Notes under the pieces: generated by a model
The model's database searches: none
The model's input: the letters and a program-made list of their open reading frames with translations, nothing else
Told to the model about the DNA's origin: nothing
NCBI GenBank assembly: GCA_031370785.1
Contig: JANMQY010000016.1
Span: 32,001-96,000 of the forward strand
Length of the DNA stretch: 64,000 nucleotides
Direction: 5' to 3'
Origin: Candidatus Eiseniibacteriota bacterium
GTDB lineage: Bacteria > Eisenbacteria > RBG-16-71-46
In this document: positions 18,831 to 28,807 of the stretch, one piece after another
How the letters are laid out: every line of letters starts with the position of its first letter
How positions within the stretch are numbered: the stretch's first letter is position 1
Program-made: the position numbers and the translations under genes

Positions 18831-18886
18831 TCGCTCCGTTCATTCCGCGCTTCGCTGCGCTCATTCTGACCCTTCGCTGCGCTCAG
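18831..18886. repeat. Three degenerate short direct repeats (TCGCTGCGCTCA core) in the larB-larC spacer
   Basis: ctcgctccgttcattc / cttcgctgcgctcattc / cttcgctgcgctcag. Confidence 0.5.
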
Positions 18887-19650
18887 TGGCGCGAGGCCGC
18901 GGTGTTGATGAGGTGCGCGGCGTACCCCGCGCCGAACCCGTTGTCGATGTTCACCACCGTCACTCCGGCGGCGCACGAATTGAGCATGGCCAGCAGCGGC
19001 GCGAGTCCGGAGAAGTGCGCTCCGTAGCCGACGCTGGTCGGCACCGCGATCAGCGGGCGATCGGTGAGCCCGCCCACCACGCTCGGCAGCGCGCCTTCGA
19101 GACCCGCCACCACCACCAGCACGCGCGCCCCGCGCAGCCGCGCGCCGTGGGCGAGCAGACGATGCAATCCGGCCACGCCCACGTCCGCGATCAGCTCTGC
19201 CCTGCTTCCCATGACCTGGGCGGTGACCAGTGCTTCCTCCGCAACCGGCAGATCGGCGGTTCCCGCACATACGATGAGCACGCGCCCGCGGCCCGCGCCA
19301 TTCGATGCGGCCCGCCCCCGGCGCAGCACGACCGCGCGCGCGCGCTCGTGGCGCTCGGCATTCGGAAACGCCTCGGCGACCGCCGCCATTCCCGCCTCGT
19401 CGACCCGCGTCGCCAGCACCCGCGGGTGGCGACGGTGCAGCCGCGAGAGGATCGTCACCAGCTGGCGCGGGGTCTTGCCCTGACCGAACACCACCTCCGG
19501 AAAACCGGCGCGCAGTCCGCGCTGATGGTCGATCGTCGCGAATTCGAGGCGCTCGAGCGGCGCCTCTCCGATGCGCCGCGCTGCTTCCGACGGAGCAACG
19601 GCGCCGCGCCTCACGCGCGCGAGCAGCCGCATGAGCTCATCCGGTCGCAA
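18883..19650 (-). CDS. larB: Nickel-pincer cofactor biosynthesis protein LarB
   Basis: FATIDHQR, GFPEVVFGQGKT, AGTADLPVAEEA, DVGVAGLHRL, GLEGALPSVV, PTSVGYG, VNIDNGFGA. Confidence 0.96.
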   Translation of the reverse strand: MRPDELMRLLARVRRGAVAPSEAARRIGEAPLERLEFATIDHQRGLRAGFPEVVFGQGKTPRQLVTILSRLHRRHPRVLATRVDEAGMAAVAEAFPNAERHERARAVVLRRGRAASNGAGRGRVLIVCAGTADLPVAEEALVTAQVMGSRAELIADVGVAGLHRLLAHGARLRGARVLVVVAGLEGALPSVVGGLTDRPLIAVPTSVGYGAHFSGLAPLLAMLNSCAAGVTVVNIDNGFGAGYAAHLINTAASRH

Positions 19651-20686
19651 CCACGCCCCCCATTTCGCCGTGCGTGCGCTCGTCGGGGACGAACGCCTCC
19701 AGACCGCCCAGCTCGAGCTCGACCAGGTACGCGCGCAACAGTTCGACCATCTCGCCGACGCTGCGGGTGCGGTTCACCTGCTCGCGCACCCGCGCGCTAT
19801 TGGGCAGGCCCTTCACGTACCAGGCCACGTGCTTGCGCATCTCGCGCGCCGCCGATGCGTCGCCCACCGCGGCGATCATGAGGTACAGGTGGCGCACTCC
19901 GGCCTCGAGGCGCTCCGAGGCGGTCGGCAGCGGCAGCTGTTCGCCGCGCTCGTAGAACGCACGCAGGCGCTTGAACACCCAGGGATCGCCGAACGCGGCG
20001 CGCCCGAGCATCACCGCGTCGCAACCGGTGGTCTCGAGCATCCGCACCGCATCGTCCGGGCCGCGCACGTCGCCGTTGCCGATCACCGGGATGTTCACGG
20101 CCCGCTTCGCCTCGCCGATCATTTCCCAGTGGGCATCGCCCTCGAACTTCTCGGCGCGGGTGCGCGCGTGAATCGCCACGGCCTGCGCGCCCGCGTCTTC
20201 GAGTGCCTTCGAGACCTCGACCACGTTCTTCGAATTGCCGTCCCAGCCGAGGCGGATCTTGGCAGTGATCGGGATCCGGCTGGCGTCGTTCATGCTGCGG
20301 ACGATCTCGCCGATCAGCGGCACATTGGTGAGCAGCGCCGCGCCGGCGCAGCGGGTCACCACCTTGCGCACCGGGCAGCCCATGTTGATGTCGATGAGAT
20401 CCGGACGCCGATCCTCGGGCAGGTCGTTCAGCACCCGCGCGGCCTCGGCCATGATCGCCGGATCGGAGCCGAACACCTGGATGCCGATCGGGCGCTCGGC
20501 CTGATCGAACGCACAGTAGTCGAGCGTCGCCTGATTGCCGCGGATGAGCCCGTCGGCCGAGACCATCTCGGTGAAGACCATCGAGGCGCCCTGTTCGCGC
20601 GCGAGCATGCGGAACGGCGAGTCGCTCACCCCGGCCAGCGGGGCGAGCATGAACGGAGAATCGTAGGCGACATTCCCGATGCGCAT
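19637..20686 (-). CDS. dusB: tRNA-dihydrouridine synthase DusB
   Basis: LAPLAGVSD, TEMVS, DINMGCP, KIRLGW, IHARTR, GNGDV, RKH; start at MRIGN. Confidence 0.93.
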   Translation of the reverse strand: MRIGNVAYDSPFMLAPLAGVSDSPFRMLAREQGASMVFTEMVSADGLIRGNQATLDYCAFDQAERPIGIQVFGSDPAIMAEAARVLNDLPEDRRPDLIDINMGCPVRKVVTRCAGAALLTNVPLIGEIVRSMNDASRIPITAKIRLGWDGNSKNVVEVSKALEDAGAQAVAIHARTRAEKFEGDAHWEMIGEAKRAVNIPVIGNGDVRGPDDAVRMLETTGCDAVMLGRAAFGDPWVFKRLRAFYERGEQLPLPTASERLEAGVRHLYLMIAAVGDASAAREMRKHVAWYVKGLPNSARVREQVNRTRSVGEMVELLRAYLVELELGGLEAFVPDERTHGEMGGVVATG

Positions 20687-20693
20687 GATTCCT

Positions 20694-21362
20694 CTAGGAG
20701 CCGGCGGCCGCGTTCGGGCGCGCTGCCCAGGCGGCGACGTCGGCAAAGTCTTCGAACGGGTGCGCGGCCAGTTTCTCTCGCGCGCACCACTCGCGCAGGC
20801 CGGCGCGTGCCAGCACCGTATCTGCGGCGCGCGCGCCACAGCGATCCGAGTAGCCGTCGCCGACCATCACAGTGCGGTAGCCGCGCGCGGCGAAGGCGCG
20901 CACGTGCTGTGCCTTGCAGTTGCCGCACCGGGCGCACGAGGGGGTCGGGTGCGGGAATTCCGGGATCACGCGCCCGGCTTCGAAGCGCAGCCGGTTCGCC
21001 GCGCGCGGCAGCGCTCCCAGGCCCGCGGCCTCGAGCAGCGCGGCGATGTAGAAGTCGAACCCTTCGCTCACCACCATCACCGCATCGCCGCGCGCCTCGG
21101 CCGCGCGCGCGAACGCCGCGAAGTGCGGATCGATGGCGAAGCCTCGCACGAACGCGGCGGCCTCGTTCTCGCTCACCTCGAGTACCGCGCACTCGGCCTC
21201 GGTCAGCTCGCGGTGGCCGAGCTCGCCCGAACGCCAGCGCGGCTCGAGCGAACGGAACACCGCGCCATCATCGGTCGCGAAGCGCCGCGCGAAACGCGCT
21301 CCGACGTCGGAGGGCGCGATGGTCCCGTCGAAGTCGCACAGGTACGCGACCGGGTGGCTCAA
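20694..21362 (-). CDS. HAD-IB phosphatase, MtnX-like
   Basis: DFDGT, VVSEG, CGNCK, VGDGYSDRCGA motifs. Confidence 0.85.
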   Translation of the reverse strand: MSHPVAYLCDFDGTIAPSDVGARFARRFATDDGAVFRSLEPRWRSGELGHRELTEAECAVLEVSENEAAAFVRGFAIDPHFAAFARAAEARGDAVMVVSEGFDFYIAALLEAAGLGALPRAANRLRFEAGRVIPEFPHPTPSCARCGNCKAQHVRAFAARGYRTVMVGDGYSDRCGARAADTVLARAGLREWCAREKLAAHPFEDFADVAAWAARPNAAAGS

Positions 21363-22951
21363 TGGGCCACGGCTCCGGCCGGGGCCGGACGCGCCGCATC
21401 CGGAATGCCCGCGAAAACGTCGCGCGGCAGCCGCGCGTGCCCGAGCGCCGCCAGCGCCCGCTGAACCACCGGGTCGGTCTCGAACGCGATCCGCGCCGCG
21501 GCCGCGTCCCCCGAGAGCCGGCGCGCCAGCTCGCGACGCAGCGCGCGCTCGAGGCGTGGCCGCTCCGCGCGCGCCGCCTCATCGCTCACCGCCACCTTCG
21601 CGGTGCGCGCAAAGCTCAGGAAAGCATTCCAGGTGTCCTCGCCAATCGCGGCGCCGGACTTGAGCCCGGGATGCGTGTTGACCCAGCGATTCGCGAAGCG
21701 GAACGGCAGGCCCTGCCGCTCGAGCAGGAGCGTCAGGGGGGGCAGCGAATCCGGGATCACTTCCATGTCGGGAGTGATTCCGCCGCCGCCGTAGACGAGC
21801 CGTCCCGCCGTGGTGTGGAAGCGCGGGCGCGGCAGCGAATCGCCGCCGGTCGCGCTGGTGTCGGGCGTATCACCCTCCTCGGTGTCGCTCGTCCCTCTGG
21901 TCCTGCGGTGGATCGAGCGCCCGCTCGGAGTGTAGTAGAGCGCGGTGGTCAGCTTGAGCGCCTCCGAGCCTCCCGCGATCGGAAAGACGCGCTGCACCGA
22001 ACCCTTGCCGTACGAGGTCTGACCGATCAGCAGCGCGCGATCCAGGTCCTGAAGCGCGCCGGCGACGATCTCCGAGGCGGACGCGCTGCCACCGTCGATC
22101 AGCACCGCGACCGGCCACTCGAGGTTCGCTCTCGCACCGGCCGCGTAGTAGCGGCTGTCCTGTCCCGCCCCCCGGCCGCGCCGGGACACGATGAGCGCGC
22201 CCCTGGGCAGCAACTGCTCCGAGACGTCCACCGCCTGCTCGAGCACGCCGCCCGGATTCGAGCGCAGGTCCAGCACCAGGCTGGTCGCGCCTTCCGCGGC
22301 GAGCCGGGCAATCGCGGCGCGCACTTCGGCGCCCGAAGTCTCGGAGAAGTTCGAAAGCCGCACGTAGCCGGTTCTGCGCCCGGCCATGAACGCGTACGGA
22401 ACGCTCCGGGTCACGATCTCGCGCCGGGTGAGCGTGTAGTCGTGGCCCTCCTCGTCGCCCTCCGCGCGAACGCTGAGTCTGACCTCGGTACCTGCCGGGC
22501 CGCGCAGCTTGTCCGCGACCTCCTCCAGGTTGAGGCCCGCCGCCGAGGAAGCGTCGATCCTCACGATCGCATCCCCGGCGCGCAGTCCCGCCTCCCACGC
22601 CGGACCGCCCTCGATCGGGGAGATCACGATCGGCCAGTTGTCACGCACGCTGACCGTGATGCCGACACCACCGTAGTGGCCGGTGGTCACGGTGAGAAGC
22701 TGCGCGTAGGCCCGCCGGTCGAGGTACTGCGAAAAGGGATCGAGGTCGGCAATCATGCCACGCAGCGCGCCGTCGATCAGTTTGGCCGGATCCACCGGGT
22801 CGACGTAGTTGTCCTGAACCTTGTGGATCACCTCGACGAACTGATCGAGGTTCGAGTAGAGGTCGCTCGAAGCTCCGCCCCTGCCGACCCACCAGCCCAG
22901 GCCGAACAGCAGCAGGAACAGGCCGCTCACGATGACTCGACGACGGATCAA
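21359..22951 (-). CDS. ctpA: S41A carboxy-terminal processing protease (CtpA-like)
   Basis: LDPFS, PDZ domain, DLRSNPGG, SASASEIVAGALQD, GKGSVQ, YYTPSGRSI; TTG start after GGAGG. Confidence 0.92.
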   Translation of the reverse strand: MIRRRVIVSGLFLLLFGLGWWVGRGGASSDLYSNLDQFVEVIHKVQDNYVDPVDPAKLIDGALRGMIADLDPFSQYLDRRAYAQLLTVTTGHYGGVGITVSVRDNWPIVISPIEGGPAWEAGLRAGDAIVRIDASSAAGLNLEEVADKLRGPAGTEVRLSVRAEGDEEGHDYTLTRREIVTRSVPYAFMAGRRTGYVRLSNFSETSGAEVRAAIARLAAEGATSLVLDLRSNPGGVLEQAVDVSEQLLPRGALIVSRRGRGAGQDSRYYAAGARANLEWPVAVLIDGGSASASEIVAGALQDLDRALLIGQTSYGKGSVQRVFPIAGGSEALKLTTALYYTPSGRSIHRRTRGTSDTEEGDTPDTSATGGDSLPRPRFHTTAGRLVYGGGGITPDMEVIPDSLPPLTLLLERQGLPFRFANRWVNTHPGLKSGAAIGEDTWNAFLSFARTAKVAVSDEAARAERPRLERALRRELARRLSGDAAAARIAFETDPVVQRALAALGHARLPRDVFAGIPDAARPAPAGAVAH

Positions 22952-23028
22952 ACGCCCTCCGGAGGGGGAACCGTCAGCGACGGTTCGGCACGCGATCTTC
23001 CGCGCGCGCAGTGGTGGAAAGGGCCGAA

Positions 23029-23037
23029 AATATAGCA
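23029..23037 (-). promoter_or_regulatory. Extended -10 promoter (TGcTATATT) upstream of ctpA
   Basis: Minus strand GTGTGCTATATTTT, an AT-rich island about 80 nt upstream of the start. Confidence 0.5.
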
Positions 23038-23103
23038 CACCGCGGGGCCTCCGGCCGACCGCCCCAGGCGCCCGGCGCGGCGCTCACGGCGGCTCGATGC
23101 AGC

Positions 23104-23736
23104 TCAGCGCCCGAGGCAGCGCAGGCGGTCTTCGACCGCTTCCCGGATGCGCAGCTCGAGCTGGTCGGGATCGAGCGCGGCATCGAGCAGGATCCAGCGT
23201 CGGGGTTCGCTCCTGGCCAGCTCGAGGTAGCGCGCGCGCACGCGCTGGTGAAATCCGGCGGGCTCGCGGTCCAGCCGGTTGGTGTCGCCGGCGGCGCTGC
23301 CGCGCCGCTCGAGCCCGATGCGCGGATCGACATCGAACAGCAGGGTCAGGTCCGGGCGAAGGCCGCCGGTCGCCGCCGCGTTCCATCCGCGCAACATTGC
23401 GTCATCGAGGCCGCGCCCCGCACCCTGATAGGCGAGCGTGGAATCGTCGTAGCGGTCGCACAGCACGACCCGGCCTGCCGCCAGCGCCGGCCGCAGCACG
23501 GTCTCGACCAGATCGGCGCGCGCCGCCTCCATCAGCAGCGCCTCACTGATCCCGTTCGGACTGAGCGCCGGATCGAGCAGCAGCGCGCGCACCCGCTCGG
23601 CGAGCGGCGTGCCGCCCGGCTCGCGGGTCACGAGCGGCTCGGGCCCTCGCGTGGCGAGATGCGCCGCGAGGCGCCGGATCTGGGTGGACTTGCCCGACCC
23701 TTCGCCGCCTTCGAAGGTGACGAACAGCCCGGGCAT
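23104..23736 (-). CDS. tmk: Thymidylate kinase
   Basis: FVTFEGGEGSGKST, TREPGGT, CDRYDDSTLAYQG; true start is MPGLF inside the longer ORF call. Confidence 0.95.
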   Translation of the reverse strand: MPGLFVTFEGGEGSGKSTQIRRLAAHLATRGPEPLVTREPGGTPLAERVRALLLDPALSPNGISEALLMEAARADLVETVLRPALAAGRVVLCDRYDDSTLAYQGAGRGLDDAMLRGWNAAATGGLRPDLTLLFDVDPRIGLERRGSAAGDTNRLDREPAGFHQRVRARYLELARSEPRRWILLDAALDPDQLELRIREAVEDRLRCLGR

Positions 23737-23744
23737 GGCGCCAG

Positions 23745-25007
23745 TCAGCGCGCCACGGCCTTGCGCCGCCTCTTCGCGGTGCGCGTCGCGCGAGGCCTGG
23801 GGCGCGCCGCCGCAGCACGCTTCGCGACCGCCTTGCCGCTGGCTTCCCCGTTCATCGACGGGCCGCTCTTCTTCAGAGGCTTGCCCTCGCGTTTGACCGT
23901 CGGCATGTCGTGGTCGCGTAGCCGGCGCTCGACCGCCCTGGGATCCTTGATGAACGCCTCGGTCAGCTCGCGCGCGGTCTCGTCCGGGAACTGGTAGGGC
24001 GGCGACTTCTTGAAGTAGGAGCAGGGCGCGATCAGTGCGCCCTTGAGCCCGTTGTCGAGTCCAAGCTTCGCGCAGCGTACCGCATCGATCACCACCCCCG
24101 CCGAGTTGGGCGAGTCCCATACTTCGAGCTTCATCTCGAGGTTGAGCGGCACGTCGCCGAAGGTCGTGCCCTCCATCCGGATGTGGCACCACTTGCGATC
24201 CTTGAGCCACGGCACGTAGTCGCTGGGGCCGACGTGGATGTCCTCTTCCGGCAGCTCGTAGGGGAGGATGCTGGTGACCGCGGTGGTCTTGCTGATCTTC
24301 TTCGACTCGAGACGCTCGCGCTCGAGCATGTTCATGAAGTCGGTGTTGCCGCCGAAGTTCAGCTGGTAGGTGCAGTCGATGCGCACCCCGCGCTCGACGA
24401 ACAGGCGCGCCAGAACGCGGTGGGTGATGGTCGCGCCCACCTGCGACTTGATGTCATCGCCGATCACCGGCAGGCCGCGCTTCTCGAATCTCTGCTGCCA
24501 GTACTTCTCGCGCGCGATGAAGACCGGGATGCAGTTCACGAACGCACAGCCGGCTTCGAGGATCTGCTCGACGTACCACTTGGTGGCCTCTTCCGATCCG
24601 ACCGGCAGATAGTTCACGACCACGTCGGTGCGCGTGTCGCGCAGCAGCTTCACGATGTCGACGGTCGAGCCGGGCGCCTTCTGGATGATCTTGGACAGAT
24701 ATTTTCCCAGCCCGTCGTGGGTCATGCCGCGCTGAACGGTCACGCCCATCCGCGGGACTTTCGAGAACACCACGGTGTTGTTCGGCCAGGTGACGATCGC
24801 CTCGGAGACATCCTTGCCCACCTTGTTGCGATCGATGTCGATCGCGGCGGAGATCTCGATGTCGCGCACGTGATACCCGCCGAGGTTGACATGCATCAGC
24901 CCCGGTACGCGGTCGGTCTCCTTCGCACTGCGGTAGTAATGCAGGCCCTGCACGAACGACGAAGCGCAGTTGCCCACGCCGATGATCGCGACTCTCACCT
25001 TGCCCAT
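23745..25007 (-). CDS. ino1: myo-inositol-1-phosphate synthase (actinobacterial/archaeal type) with basic C-terminal tail
   Basis: [51 protein letters not shown]. Confidence 0.95.
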   Translation of the reverse strand: MGKVRVAIIGVGNCASSFVQGLHYYRSAKETDRVPGLMHVNLGGYHVRDIEISAAIDIDRNKVGKDVSEAIVTWPNNTVVFSKVPRMGVTVQRGMTHDGLGKYLSKIIQKAPGSTVDIVKLLRDTRTDVVVNYLPVGSEEATKWYVEQILEAGCAFVNCIPVFIAREKYWQQRFEKRGLPVIGDDIKSQVGATITHRVLARLFVERGVRIDCTYQLNFGGNTDFMNMLERERLESKKISKTTAVTSILPYELPEEDIHVGPSDYVPWLKDRKWCHIRMEGTTFGDVPLNLEMKLEVWDSPNSAGVVIDAVRCAKLGLDNGLKGALIAPCSYFKKSPPYQFPDETARELTEAFIKDPRAVERRLRDHDMPTVKREGKPLKKSGPSMNGEASGKAVAKRAAAARPRPRATRTAKRRRKAVAR

Positions 25008-25041
25008 GGGGACGAACCTCCCGAACGGTCGCCGGGACCCC

Positions 25042-25872
25042 TCAACGGGTCCGCGTGATCCGGTAGACGTGCGCCACGCGCTGCGCGGCGGTGATGAACG
25101 AGAACAGGGCCAGCACCAGCAGTGCGCCGGACATGGCCGAGAATGCTTTCAATGCTCCGGCCAGGATCAGCAGCAGCAGTCGCTCCGGCCTTTCGAACCA
25201 TCCGACCTTGCACTCGAGGCCGAGCCCCTCGGCGCGCGCCCGGGTGTACGACACCAGGAACGAGCCGGTGAGGGCGAGCATCGCGGTCATGCCGACCACG
25301 GCCCAGGTCCAGGGCGCCAGTCCCATGGTCGTCTGCTCGACGACGCTCATGGAGTCGAACACCAGCGCGACCAGGTTGCGCAGGCAGAAGCCGAGAATGC
25401 CGAGCAGGACCAGCGCCTCGCTCAGCCGGTCGAGCGTCGAGTCGAAGAACGCGCCGAACCGGGTCTCGCCCCCGGCGGCGCGCGCCAGCTGTCCGTCGAG
25501 GATGTCGCACACTCCGGACAGCGCGAGCAGCAGCGCGCCGAGCCGTGAGTGACCGTCGAAGAACGCGAGCCCGGCGGCCGCGCTCAGGCTGAGTCCGATC
25601 AGGGTGAGGTGATTCGCGCCAATGCCGATCCGGAGCATGACGCGCACCGTCGGATCGAGCGCCGAATGCGCGAACCGTCGCAACGCATCCTTGATGCGCG
25701 AGAGCCTGCCGGAAGGGAGGGCTCCGCGCGGCACGGGATTCCCGCCCGCGCCACGAGCGCTCATGCGTTCGGCACTGCCCGCCGACTCCGCGGACGCGCC
25801 GGGCTCGGACGCCGGATGCTCGGCAGCCGCATGTGCGGAGGCCGCATGCGCGGCCACCGGGGCCTCGCTCAT
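25042..25872 (-). CDS. CDP-alcohol phosphotransferase, phosphatidylinositol-phosphate synthase-like
   Basis: DILDGQLAR...[10 protein letters not shown] signature; [17 protein letters not shown]; adjacent to ino1. Confidence 0.88.
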   Translation of the reverse strand: MSEAPVAAHAASAHAAAEHPASEPGASAESAGSAERMSARGAGGNPVPRGALPSGRLSRIKDALRRFAHSALDPTVRVMLRIGIGANHLTLIGLSLSAAAGLAFFDGHSRLGALLLALSGVCDILDGQLARAAGGETRFGAFFDSTLDRLSEALVLLGILGFCLRNLVALVFDSMSVVEQTTMGLAPWTWAVVGMTAMLALTGSFLVSYTRARAEGLGLECKVGWFERPERLLLLILAGALKAFSAMSGALLVLALFSFITAAQRVAHVYRITRTR

Positions 25873-26588
25873 GGCGCTTCCTCCGCCTCTTTTCGAGTTC
25901 TTCCACCCATCACGAGAACCATCTCTCCGCGTCTCCGCGCGGGAACCAGCGCGGCGCGCACTTCGCGCGCGGTGCCCCGCAGGACCTCTTCGAATGCCTT
26001 GGTGAGTTCGCGCGCCAGTGCGATCGGGCGCCCTCCCCACACCGCCTCGAGATCCTCGAGGCAGGCGTCGATCCGGTGCGGCGATTCGAACGCCACCACG
26101 GTTTCGCGCCTTTCCTTCAGCTCCTCCAGTCGCCGGCGTCGCGCCGCGGAACGCACCGGCAGGAAACCCACGAACGTGAATGCATCGGTCGGCAGCCCGC
26201 TGACCTGCAGCGCGGCGATCACCGCGCTCGCGCCGGGCACGCTCTCCACTCTCACACCCGCGGCGAGCGCGGCACGCACCAGAGGGAAGCCCGGGTCGCT
26301 CAAGCCCGGCGAGCCCGCGTCGGTGACCAGCGCCACTGATTCGCCCGACTCGAGTCGGCGCAGGATGCCGGGCACGCGCGCACGCTCATTGTGCTCGAAC
26401 AGCCGGGTCACGCTCGCACGAATGCCGTAGTGGTCGAGCAGCCGTCGGGTATGCGCGGGATGCTCGGCTGCCACCACCGCCACTTCGCCCAGCACGCGCA
26501 ACGCGCGATGGGTGACGTCTTCGAGGTTGCCGATGGGGGTCGCCACCAGATAGAGCGTGCCACCCGGCGCTGGTCGCGCGTCCGTCAA
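25869..26588 (-). CDS. rsmI: 16S rRNA C1402 2'-O-methyltransferase RsmI
   Basis: LYLVATPIGNLED, DAGSPGLSDPG, FESPHR, ARELTK. Confidence 0.95.
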   Translation of the reverse strand: MTDARPAPGGTLYLVATPIGNLEDVTHRALRVLGEVAVVAAEHPAHTRRLLDHYGIRASVTRLFEHNERARVPGILRRLESGESVALVTDAGSPGLSDPGFPLVRAALAAGVRVESVPGASAVIAALQVSGLPTDAFTFVGFLPVRSAARRRRLEELKERRETVVAFESPHRIDACLEDLEAVWGGRPIALARELTKAFEEVLRGTAREVRAALVPARRRGEMVLVMGGRTRKEAEEAP

Positions 26589-26675
26589 TTCAAGTCCTTC
26601 GGCCCGCGCGGGCCCGCCGTGTCCGCTGTCCGGAGCCGGCGCAAGGTAGCATGGGGACCACGGCCCGTCCACCGC

Positions 26676-27725
26676 TCAGCGGCGCGCGAGACTGACCTCT
26701 CCTGTCACGCTCGAGAACGCCTCGATCGCGCGCGCGATCCCGGCGTCATCCACGTCCAGATGGGTGATGGCGCGCAACCGCCGCCCCCCGAACGCCGTCA
26801 TGCGCACGCCGCGCCCTTCCAGCCCCGCGAGGACCCGGGCCGGGTCGAGCGCCGCGTGCTCCAGCTCGACGATCACGATGTTGGTGTCGGGCTCGATCAC
26901 GCGCACCCCGCTCGCCGCGCGAAATCCGGCAGCGAGGGTACGGGCCCGGGCGTGATCCTCCGCCAGCCGGGCGAGGTGATGGTCGAGCGCGTAGAGGCAG
27001 GCCGCGGCGAGGATGCCGACCTGGCGCATGCCGCCGCCCCACCGCTTGCGTGTGCGGCGTGCGTGCCGCACCAGCGCCGCGCTGCCGGTCAGGATCGAGC
27101 CGATCGGCGCGCCGAGGCCCTTCGAGAAGCACATCATCACGCTGTCGGCGGTCGCGGCCCATTCGCGGATCGGCACGCCGGCCGCGACGCTCGCGTTCCA
27201 CAGTCGCGCGCCGTCCAGATGAACGCGCACGCCACGTGCGCGCGCCGCCTGGGAGAGCGCTTGCAGGCGCTCGAGCGGCACCACCAGGCCCCCGCCGCGA
27301 TTGTGCGTGTTCTCGAGACACACCAGGCGAACGTGCGCGACATGATCGTCTTCCTCGCGCAGCGAGGCCTCGAGCGCCTCGATCGGGATCGCGCCGCGCT
27401 CCCCGGCCACGATGTGGGCGAGCGCTCCCGAGTTCGCGGCGATCCCACCCTGTTCGTAAAGGAAGATGTGCGACTCGGCCTCGAGCAGCACTTCGTCGCC
27501 GCTCGAGACGTGCGCATTGACCGCGAGCTGATTGCCCATGGTGCCGCTTGGCACGAACAGCGCCGCTTCCTTGCCCGCGAGCTCGGCGATGCGCCGCTCG
27601 AGTGCGTGCACCGTCGGATCGTCGCCGTACACGTCGTCGCCGACCTCGGCCTCGAGCATGAAGCGACGCATCCCCGCGGTAGGACGGGTGACGGTGTCGC
27701 TGCGCAGATCGACGGCCGGACTCAT
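26676..27725 (-). CDS. ltaE: Low-specificity L-threonine aldolase
   Basis: DLRSDTVT, VGDDVYGDDPT, SGTMGNQ, ENTHN, HLDGARLWNA, SKGLGAP. Confidence 0.93.
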   Translation of the reverse strand: MSPAVDLRSDTVTRPTAGMRRFMLEAEVGDDVYGDDPTVHALERRIAELAGKEAALFVPSGTMGNQLAVNAHVSSGDEVLLEAESHIFLYEQGGIAANSGALAHIVAGERGAIPIEALEASLREEDDHVAHVRLVCLENTHNRGGGLVVPLERLQALSQAARARGVRVHLDGARLWNASVAAGVPIREWAATADSVMMCFSKGLGAPIGSILTGSAALVRHARRTRKRWGGGMRQVGILAAACLYALDHHLARLAEDHARARTLAAGFRAASGVRVIEPDTNIVIVELEHAALDPARVLAGLEGRGVRMTAFGGRRLRAITHLDVDDAGIARAIEAFSSVTGEVSLARR

Positions 27726-28021
27726 CAGGGAGCATCCTCGAGTGGGGAAGGCGTGGCACCGAAGCGCCGCCGCAGTCTACGCGGAACCGGCGACGTCTCC
27801 CAAACCAGGGGCACGGCTGACAGTGGCTTGACAACCACTCCTCGCGCATGGCTTTTCATGCGCGGCACCGCGCCGGCTCTCCCACTTGGGGCCGGCAACA
27901 CTGCGGAACGACGCGAGGGCCCCGCAATTCCGGAATCGGCTCGCGCGTCGTGCATCCAACGAGCGGCGTGTAACCGCCCCGCGGGATGTCCCGCGGAACC
28001 ACCCGAAGGAGTGAAGCCGCA

Positions 28022-28717
28022 ATGCCGTTCCTGTTCAACGATCCGACCATCCTGCTGCTGCTGCCCGCGCTCGCGTTCGCGATGTGGGCGCAGTGGAAGG
28101 TGCAGCACACCTACTCCAAATACTCCGCAGTGCGCGCCGCGAACGGTCTCACCGGCCGCGACATGGCGCGCGCGATCATGGTGCGCAACGGAGTCACCGA
28201 TGTCGCGGTCGAGGAAGTGCCGGGAGTGCTGAGCGATCACTACGACCCGCGCTCGAAGACCGTGCGCCTCTCGCAGCCGATCTTCGAAGGCGATTCGATC
28301 GCATCGATCGCGGTTGCGGCCCATGAAGTGGGACACGTCCTGCAGCACGCGCAGGGCTACGTGCCGCTCAACCTGCGCTCGGCGATCGCCCCGGTCGCGA
28401 GCTTCGGCAGCCTGGCGGCGTTCCCGCTGTTCTTCATCGGGTTCATCTTCCACAACCCGGCGCTCACCTGGCTCATGGACCTGGGGATCCTGTTCTTCAC
28501 CGGCGCGGTCCTGTTCCAGGTCATCACCCTGCCGGTCGAGTTCGACGCCTCGAAGCGTGCGCTGGCCCAGCTCACCGCCAACGGCGCGATCGCGCCCGAA
28601 GAGGTGGCCGCGGCGAAGCAGGTGCTGGACGCGGCGGCGCTCACCTACGTCGCGGCCGCTGCCATGGCGGCGATCCAGCTGCTGCGTCTGGTCGTGCTGC
28701 GCGGCAGCCGCCGCTAG
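28022..28717 (+). CDS. Membrane zinc metallopeptidase (YugP-like)
   Basis: LSDHYDP, VAAHEVGH, TLPVEFDAS, AAALTYVA; GGAG RBS before MPFLF. Confidence 0.92.
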   Translation: MPFLFNDPTILLLLPALAFAMWAQWKVQHTYSKYSAVRAANGLTGRDMARAIMVRNGVTDVAVEEVPGVLSDHYDPRSKTVRLSQPIFEGDSIASIAVAAHEVGHVLQHAQGYVPLNLRSAIAPVASFGSLAAFPLFFIGFIFHNPALTWLMDLGILFFTGAVLFQVITLPVEFDASKRALAQLTANGAIAPEEVAAAKQVLDAAALTYVAAAAMAAIQLLRLVVLRGSRR

Positions 28718-28739
28718 ACGCGCCCGCGACTCGAAAGCG

Positions 28740-28773
28740 AATGAGGTGAGCGCTCATCAGCGCTCACCTCATT
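28740..28773. terminator. Perfect 15-bp hairpin between convergent genes (probable bidirectional terminator)
   Basis: AATGAGGTGAGCGCT-CATC-AGCGCTCACCTCATT. Confidence 0.7.
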
Positions 28774-28807
28774 TCGTGACCGGGCCGCTCGAATCGGCGC
28801 GAATCCG

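Noticed and set aside
19571..23035. 1154-aa plus-strand ORF and other long antisense ORFs (e.g. 35263-38073, 45284-47842, 57957-60224, 32472-34691)
   Set aside because: Shadow frames overlapping well-supported genes in high-GC DNA; Arg/Ala/Pro-rich with no motifs.
23104..24210. 368-aa Tmk with a long N-terminal extension (similar over-extended starts for larC, the ECF ATPase, dusB, msrA, osmC and REC-GGDEF)
   Set aside because: The extensions overlap upstream genes or promoters; downstream starts with an RBS match family N-termini.
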